Source: Bacteroidota bacterium (GTDB taxonomy: Bacteria; Bacteroidota; Bacteroidia; Bacteroidales; UBA12481). From it: 64,000 nt of DNA. Every line of letters starts with the position of its first letter. Position 1 is the first letter of the stretch. This document shows positions 58,534-64,000 of the stretch, piece after piece. The position numbers and the translations under genes are program-made. The notes beneath the pieces were generated by a model. The model was not told the origin of the DNA, did no database searches, and was given only the letters and a program-made list of their open reading frames with translations. The stretch spans positions 330 through 64,329 of the forward strand of contig JAYEFL010000186.1 in NCBI GenBank assembly GCA_034658635.1, written 5' to 3'.

Positions 58534-59728
58534 GGCCTCTGATTGCTTTGATGCCTGGTAATTCTTTTCCTTCTATATATTCAAGCAGTGCTCCGCCTCC
58601 TGTTGAAACGTAGGATACCTGATTGGCCATATTGAATTTATTGATAGCGGCTACAGAATCTCCACCACCAACCAATGAGAATGCGCCATTAGCAGTTGCT
58701 TTTGCTATAGCTTTTGCCACTTCAACAGTTCCTTGCTGGAAGTTATCCATTTCGAAAACACCCATAGGACCGTTCCATAGAATGGTTTTTGAGTTAAGGA
58801 TAGTTTCTGTGAATTCCTGAATAGAATTTTTGGCAATATCCATTCCCATCCATCCTTCTGGAATTGCGTCAATTTCACTTTCTGCACGATTAGCTTCATT
58901 ACTAAAAGTATCGCCATTAAGGCTATCTGTTGGGAGTAACAGTTTTACTCCGGCTTCTTCGGCCTTTTCAATAACGGATTTAGCGGTTTCAAGATAATCT
59001 TCTTCAACCAGAGAATTACCAATTTGGCCTCCCATAGCCTTTATAAAGGTGAAAGTCATGCCACCTCCAATGATTAGGTTATCAACTTTGCCCAGAAGAT
59101 TTTCAATAATGGTGATTTTGGATGAAACTTTGGCTCCGCCGAGTACGGCTGTAAAAGGTTTCTTCGAGGCACTAATTACGCTATCGATACTTTTGAGCTC
59201 ATTTTCAATTACAAATCCAAAGAGCTTTTCCTCGTTAAAATATTTGGCTATTATGGTTGTTGATGCATGTGCTCTGTGTGCTGTGCCAAAAGCATCATTG
59301 ACATAAACGTCGGCCAGATCGGCCAGTTTTTTTGCAAATGCTTCATCACCTTTGGTTTCTTCTTTGTAGAAGCGCAAGTTTTCCAACAATAATACTTCGC
59401 CTGGCTTCAGTTCTCTGGCAATCAAAGCAGCCTCTTCACCAATACAATCAGGAGCAAATTTCACTTTCAGGTTCAATTTAGCTTCCAGATCGGGAATCAG
59501 GTGAACAAGGCTAAACTTTTCTTCTGGTCCGTTTTTCGGACGGCCAAGATGTGACATGAGGATAACTGATCCTCCATCTGAAAGTATTTTTTTAATACTA
59601 GGAATGGTTGCTCGTATTCTTGTATCATCAGTAATTTCATATTGAGCGTTAAGGGGCACATTGAAATCTACCCGTATTATTGCTCTTTTTCCATTGAAAT
59701 TATAGTTGGTCATCGTTTTCATAATCAA
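58529..59728 (-). CDS. pgk: Phosphoglycerate kinase
   Basis: [10 protein letters not shown]-terminal motif, GGGDS, and 399 aa. Confidence 0.95.
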   Translation of the reverse strand: MIMKTMTNYNFNGKRAIIRVDFNVPLNAQYEITDDTRIRATIPSIKKILSDGGSVILMSHLGRPKNGPEEKFSLVHLIPDLEAKLNLKVKFAPDCIGEEAALIARELKPGEVLLLENLRFYKEETKGDEAFAKKLADLADVYVNDAFGTAHRAHASTTIIAKYFNEEKLFGFVIENELKSIDSVISASKKPFTAVLGGAKVSSKITIIENLLGKVDNLIIGGGMTFTFIKAMGGQIGNSLVEEDYLETAKSVIEKAEEAGVKLLLPTDSLNGDTFSNEANRAESEIDAIPEGWMGMDIAKNSIQEFTETILNSKTILWNGPMGVFEMDNFQQGTVEVAKAIAKATANGAFSLVGGGDSVAAINKFNMANQVSYVSTGGGALLEYIEGKELPGIKAIRGQ

Positions 59729-59752
59729 AAAATATTGGGATTAGTAATTCGA

Positions 59753-59760
59753 CAAAGATA
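59753..59760 (-). promoter_or_regulatory. -7 box candidate for pgk
   Basis: The minus strand reads TATCTTTG, 25 nt upstream of the ATG at 59728. Confidence 0.45.
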
Positions 59761-59799
59761 AATAATGAGTCAGGATTTTTATATGAACTTTGGTATGAA

Positions 59800-59807
59800 T
59801 ATTTTTG
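59800..59807 (+). promoter_or_regulatory. -7 box candidate for holB
   Basis: TATTTTTG lies 13 nt upstream of the ATG at 59820. Confidence 0.35.
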
Positions 59808-59819
59808 GGGTTTCAACAG

Positions 59820-60956
59820 ATGTTGTTTAAACAGATAATTGGACATACCGCTATAAAGAACCGATTGCTTCGGTCATCACTTAACTCACGGGTGAGTCAT
59901 GCCTTGTTATTACATGGTCCTGAGGGGAATGGAAAATTTGCTCTGGCCATGGCATTTGCACAATTTTTGAATTGTACCGGCATAAAATCTGAGGATTCTT
60001 GTGGAGTTTGCCCATCCTGCCAAAAGGCAGCTAAATTAATCCATCCTGATATTCACTATATTTTTCCGGTTGCGACTTCGAAAAAGGTTACTTCAGACCC
60101 TGTCAGTGATCGTTATATTGCCGAATGGAGGGAATATATTGCTGATTTGCCCTATCCCAGCTTGCAGGGCTGGATGAATTATCTGGATATTGAGAATAAG
60201 CAGGGAGGTATTTTCAAGAAGGAGGCAGAGGAATTGTTGCGCAAGCTTAGTTTGAAAGCTTTTGAGTCGGAATATAAGGTTGTGATTATCTGGCTCCCCG
60301 AGAAAATGAATCCCACTACTGCCAATAAGTTGCTCAAGGTTATTGAGGAGCCGCCTGAAAAGACAGTTTTTTTGCTGCTTGCTGAACAGACGGAAAAAAT
60401 TCTTCCAACCATCCTTTCAAGAACGCAATTAATCATTGTACCCAAGCTGAGTGATGAGGATCTTGTTGAAGGACTCGAGGAGCGTTATCCTGAATTGGCA
60501 GAGAAGCTACCTGAAATTGTTCCTCTGGCAGAAGGCAATTATTTGCGAGCTGTTAATCTGCTAAATACCAATGAGCAGATTCAGTTTTATCAGGAGCATT
60601 TTATCAAGTGGATGAGAATGTGTTTCCGCTACAGAGTTAATGATATTATTAATTGGATTCCTGCTATTGCCAGTATGGGTCGCGAGAGACAGAAAGCTTT
60701 TCTTCAATATGGCTTGCATCTGATAAGGGAAAATTATTTACTTAATCAGAATCTTGAGTCGGTGACGCGAATGACCCCCACAGAAAGGGAATTTTCGAGT
60801 CGGTTTTTTGCTTTTATTCATCCGGGCAATATTGAAGCTCTGTTTTCCAGTATTTCCAAAGCAATTCAGCATATTGAGATGAATGCTAATCCCAGGATTT
60901 TATTTCTTGATTTGAGTATGGAGATGTATAAGGCGCTAAAAATCAAGGCATCTTAA
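59820..60956 (+). CDS. holB: DNA polymerase III delta-prime subunit
   Basis: HALLLHGPEGNGKFALAMAFAQFLNC with a Zn module (CGVCPSCQK), and SRTQ. The track start at 59805 is TTG, so I used the ATG at 59820. Confidence 0.85.
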   Translation: MLFKQIIGHTAIKNRLLRSSLNSRVSHALLLHGPEGNGKFALAMAFAQFLNCTGIKSEDSCGVCPSCQKAAKLIHPDIHYIFPVATSKKVTSDPVSDRYIAEWREYIADLPYPSLQGWMNYLDIENKQGGIFKKEAEELLRKLSLKAFESEYKVVIIWLPEKMNPTTANKLLKVIEEPPEKTVFLLLAEQTEKILPTILSRTQLIIVPKLSDEDLVEGLEERYPELAEKLPEIVPLAEGNYLRAVNLLNTNEQIQFYQEHFIKWMRMCFRYRVNDIINWIPAIASMGRERQKAFLQYGLHLIRENYLLNQNLESVTRMTPTEREFSSRFFAFIHPGNIEALFSSISKAIQHIEMNANPRILFLDLSMEMYKALKIKAS

Positions 60957-61064
60957 GCCATCCTTCATTTGTTACGCTTTTAATCTGGAATCCTTATCTT
61001 TACTGGCTGATAAAATTAATCCTTCCCTGGCTGAAGAGCATTAGGGAATCAATATATAACACCC

Positions 61065-62222
61065 ATGACAATAACTGTTGATCCCGGATTGTTCCGGGGG
61101 TGCCCGCGACTGGATGAAGAAAAAAGTCAAAATGCCAATTCAAGCCATGACAGCTGTTGCAAGTTGAATGCAACTAATTGGTTATCCGATATACCTCATA
61201 ATATTACCGAAAATGATCTGGTGGAGATTCGTTTTAAAAATACCCGAAAAGGGTATTACCGTAATGTTAATGCCCTGAATTTGAAAGCCGGAGAGTTGGT
61301 GGCTGTGGAGGCATCACCAGGGCATGATATTGGAATGGTTTCGTTAACTGGTCCTTTGACGATTAATCAGATGGCCAAAAATGGGATATCTCACAGAGAC
61401 ACTGAATTCAGAAAGATTTACCGGAAGACTAAGCAGACCGATATTGATAAGTGGAAAGAGGCGATTGATCTTGAGCAGAGAACTATGATTCGCTCTCGGC
61501 AAATAGCCATGGATCTGAGTCTTAACATGAAGATCGGGGATGTAGAATATCAGGGCGATAAAACAAAGGCCATATTCTATTATATTGCAGATGAGCGTGT
61601 TGACTTTCGGGAGTTGATAAAGGTTCTTGCTGATGAATTCAGGATTCGTGTTGAGATGCGACAGATTGGAGCCAGGCAGGAGGCTGGAAGGATTGGCGGA
61701 ATAGGATCATGCGGACGTGAGTTGTGCTGCTCAACATTTGTTTCAAATTTTGTTTCGGTAACAACTACAGTAGCCCGGCAACAGGAGCTCTCTTTAAATC
61801 CCCAGAAGCTTGCCGGTCAGTGTGGAAAGCTAAAGTGTTGCCTCAATTATGAGGTGGATGTATACCTTGATGCACGTAAGGAATTCCCTTCTCCGGAGAT
61901 TATTCTTGAAACAGAAGAAGGGAAAGCGTATCACCAGAAAACAGATATCTTTAAACGAGTAATGTGGTATTCATTTGACTCTGCTCATGCTACCAACCTG
62001 ATGTCGGTTCCGGTGGAACGTGTGAAAGAAATTATTCAATTGAACAAGCGGGGTCAGGTTGTTGAGCGTTTGCTCCTCAAGAAGCTGGAAGAACTTGAAC
62101 CAATTGGATATATGAATGCTGTTGGTCAGGAGAGTCTTACACGATTTGATGACAAAAAGAAAAAGAAGCGGGATAATCAGCACTGGTCACACAGGAAAGG
62201 AAGACGCAAACCATCAAGATGA
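61065..62222 (+). CDS. PSP1-domain protein (YaaT/RicT-like)
   Basis: PSP1 C-terminal domain motifs (IRVEMRQIGARQEAGRIGGIGSCGRELCCSTF, GQCGKLKCCLNYE), in the classic position downstream of holB. Confidence 0.85.
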   Translation: MTITVDPGLFRGCPRLDEEKSQNANSSHDSCCKLNATNWLSDIPHNITENDLVEIRFKNTRKGYYRNVNALNLKAGELVAVEASPGHDIGMVSLTGPLTINQMAKNGISHRDTEFRKIYRKTKQTDIDKWKEAIDLEQRTMIRSRQIAMDLSLNMKIGDVEYQGDKTKAIFYYIADERVDFRELIKVLADEFRIRVEMRQIGARQEAGRIGGIGSCGRELCCSTFVSNFVSVTTTVARQQELSLNPQKLAGQCGKLKCCLNYEVDVYLDARKEFPSPEIILETEEGKAYHQKTDIFKRVMWYSFDSAHATNLMSVPVERVKEIIQLNKRGQVVERLLLKKLEELEPIGYMNAVGQESLTRFDDKKKKKRDNQHWSHRKGRRKPSR

Positions 62223-62689
62223 TAAAACTGCGGATAGCTATTGCCCTAATTATGATTAGCCTGATGACCTTTTCTTGTCATCGGGGATTCTTGTTTGAGA
62301 GTACGGTTTCATTACCTGCTGAGGGATGGACTACTGAAGGGTTTGTTGCTTTTGAGGTGATGGTGGATGACACTATCGGGAATTACAGCATTGATTTATA
62401 CATTAGGAATGACGGGCGGTATGCTTATTCAAATCTCTTTTTGTTTATTAATACTCTTGCACCAACAGGAGCTCAAATCCGTGATACGATTGAATGCACT
62501 CTGGCTGACAGGTCTGGAAAGTGGCTAGGAAGGGGAATCGGGAGTCAATATAGCATAGAGATACCATACAAATACAGAGTTAGTTTTCCGTATAAAGGCA
62601 TCTATCGTTTTGAGATTGAACAGGGTATGCGGCAGAATCCTTTATTACACATTACTGATGTGGGAATTTCCATAAAAGCGGGAGAATAA
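62219..62689 (+). CDS. gldH: Gliding motility lipoprotein GldH
   Basis: Lipobox (LMTFSCH) and GldH-like core (YSIDLYIRNDGRYAYSNLFLFINT...DRSGKWLGRGIGS). It overlaps the PSP1 gene by ATGA. Confidence 0.75.
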   Translation: MIKLRIAIALIMISLMTFSCHRGFLFESTVSLPAEGWTTEGFVAFEVMVDDTIGNYSIDLYIRNDGRYAYSNLFLFINTLAPTGAQIRDTIECTLADRSGKWLGRGIGSQYSIEIPYKYRVSFPYKGIYRFEIEQGMRQNPLLHITDVGISIKAGE

Positions 62690-62691
62690 TT

Positions 62692-63408
62692 GTGGCACGA
62701 CCAAGTAAGTTAAAGCGATTTGCTGAAATGAGCGAATTCTCTCACGTATTTGAGCCTGATGGTCAGGCAATCATGCGGGAGGATTACATGATGAAAGGAT
62801 GCTGGAAGGAGAAGTTTTTCCGGAATGATAAGCCTTTGACTGTGGAATTGGGATGTGGAAGAGGAGAATATACAGTTGGATTAGCAGAAAAATTCAGTGA
62901 GAAAAACTTTCTGGGCATAGATGTCAAAGGTGCGCGTATGTGGAAGGGGGCCACTTATGCTCTTAAGCAAGGGCTGAGTAATGTTGGCTTCGTGAGGAGC
63001 AGGATAGAGTTTATTGAGCATATTTTTATGCCGGGAGAAGTGGATGAGATCTGGATTACCTTTCCTGATCCGCAACCAAAAAAGGAAACTGCCAGGCTGA
63101 TACACACTAATCTGCTCAAGTCTTATCAGAATGTTATCAGGCCAGGCGGATATATACACCTCAAAACAGATAGCAGAATGTTGCATGAGCATCTGCTGTT
63201 CATTCTTAAACACAATAATATCCCTCCTGAAGTAGCTACTGCTGACTTGTACTTAACTCACCCTGATGACGAATTGCTTTCAGTGAAGACCTATTATGAG
63301 GAAAGTTTTCTTGCTCAGGGAAAACCAATAACTTATATCCGTTTCAAGATTCCTGAAGGACATGTATTTACAAAAACAGAATACTTTAATGCACAAGCCT
63401 GGATCTGA
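62692..63408 (+). CDS. trmB: tRNA (guanine46-N7)-methyltransferase
   Basis: VELGCGRGEYTVGLA SAM motif and FPDPQPKK (the family has FPDPWxK). It has a GTG start. Confidence 0.9.
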   Translation: MARPSKLKRFAEMSEFSHVFEPDGQAIMREDYMMKGCWKEKFFRNDKPLTVELGCGRGEYTVGLAEKFSEKNFLGIDVKGARMWKGATYALKQGLSNVGFVRSRIEFIEHIFMPGEVDEIWITFPDPQPKKETARLIHTNLLKSYQNVIRPGGYIHLKTDSRMLHEHLLFILKHNNIPPEVATADLYLTHPDDELLSVKTYYEESFLAQGKPITYIRFKIPEGHVFTKTEYFNAQAWI

Positions 63409-63733
63409 TATTGGATTTTTTGAACGGGTTTTTGAGGTGGTCAGATTAATTCCTCCAGGCCGGGTAAGTAGTTATGGTGCTATTGCCAGGGCCATTGGTT
63501 CTCCACAGGCAGCACGTATGGTTGGATGGGCTGTTAATCAGTCTTTTTCTGGTGGAGAGTTTCTTCCGGCACACAGGGTTGTTAACCGGAATGGTTTACT
63601 CACCGGGAAACGTCATTTTGGTGGATCAGATGTAATGCAGCAATTGCTCGAAAGTGAGGGTATTCTGGTTGAAAATGACCGGATTACTGATTTTGAAAAG
63701 CATTTCTGGGACCCAATGGAATTATCTGATTAA
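63389..63733 (+). CDS. MGMT-family DNA-binding protein lacking the acceptor Cys (alkyltransferase-like, ATL)
   Basis: IPPGRVSSYGAIARAIG helix-turn-helix region, and LPAHRVVN where MGMT has PCHRV. The start could be 63362 or 63389, and both overlap the end of trmB. Confidence 0.75.
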   Translation: MHKPGSDIGFFERVFEVVRLIPPGRVSSYGAIARAIGSPQAARMVGWAVNQSFSGGEFLPAHRVVNRNGLLTGKRHFGGSDVMQQLLESEGILVENDRITDFEKHFWDPMELSD

Positions 63734-63761
63734 AACTCTCTGTTACCTGAGTCATTTTTCT

Positions 63762-63769
63762 TACTTTTG
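63762..63769 (+). promoter_or_regulatory. -7 box candidate for the Mrp/ApbC-like gene
   Basis: TACTTTTG lies 37 nt upstream of the ATG at 63806. Confidence 0.45.
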
Positions 63770-63805
63770 CAGCTTAATTTAAATTAAATAAAAATAAGCG
63801 GAGCC

Positions 63806-64000
63806 ATGTCATTTACAAAAGAAGATGTACACAAAGCCCTTAAACAGGTTATTCACCCGGAGTATGAAAAGGATATTATTGATCTGGGAATGGTTCAGGA
63901 TCTGATTGTTGATGGAAAAAAAGTGAGTTTTAGCCTGGAAGTTAAAAAGTCTAATGATCCATTTGTAAATTCAATTAAAAAGGCCAGTGTCAATGCGATC
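63806..64000 (+). CDS. Mrp/ApbC-type Fe-S cluster carrier, N-terminal MIP18/DUF59-like domain; runs off the window
   Basis: My translation reads MSFTKEDVHKALKQVIHPEYEKDIIDLGMVQDLIVDGKKVSFSLEVKKSNDPFVNSIKKASVNAI. It is absent from the track because there is no stop codon in the window. Confidence 0.8.
   Translation, partial: MSFTKEDVHKALKQVIHPEYEKDIIDLGMVQDLIVDGKKVSFSLEVKKSNDPFVNSIKKASVNAI

Noticed and set aside
1-64000. A search for defence, mobile or accessory islands: CRISPR repeats, restriction-modification, toxin-antitoxin pairs, reverse transcriptase, integrase or transposase, and phage genes.
   Set aside because: No ORF shows the corresponding motifs, and no direct-repeat/spacer architecture exists. 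Gene content is almost entirely conserved housekeeping, so I do not claim a novel system here.

Overview
This window looks like a densely packed core chromosomal segment of a Bacteroidota genome. The evidence for that placement is the type IX secretion/gliding operon porP-gldK-gldL-gldM-gldN, gldH, a CarboxypepD_reg-type TonB-dependent receptor, and TAnnTTTG promoter boxes 10-40 nt upstream of many start codons. I call 52 protein-coding genes, two of them truncated by the window edges. Most are housekeeping: asnS, cysS, metG, rpoN, rnr, topA, a class A PBP, radA, panC/panD, glmS, pgk, holB, trmB, an MlaEF-type ABC pair, and a nucleotide-sugar cluster (rfbB, galE, acetyltransferase, DegT aminotransferase). 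There are also three two-component systems. I saw no rRNA, tRNA, CRISPR array, transposase or integrase, prophage genes or recognisable defence genes. I do not see a convincing novel multi-gene system. The leads worth a second look are: (1) two families of REP-like palindromic intergenic repeats, one with a GTAG-type foot, present as short tandem arrays between genes; (2) a TonB-receptor/lipoprotein operon that runs without a break into a RACo-like 2Fe-2S/ASKHA gene; (3) a 109-aa radical-SAM ORF that looks like an in-frame internally deleted remnant; (4) a hemerythrin-like protein with Tyr at three canonical His ligand positions; (5) a 290-nt intergenic region ending in a long-stem hairpin with a (GGAA)4 loop next to the cysS promoter; (6) a heptanucleotide repeat tract inside the glutaminyl-cyclase-like lipoprotein gene. 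All family assignments come from motif reading and memory, not from searches. Several ORF-track starts use TTG or GTG, or are over-extended, and I trimmed those to internal ATGs.
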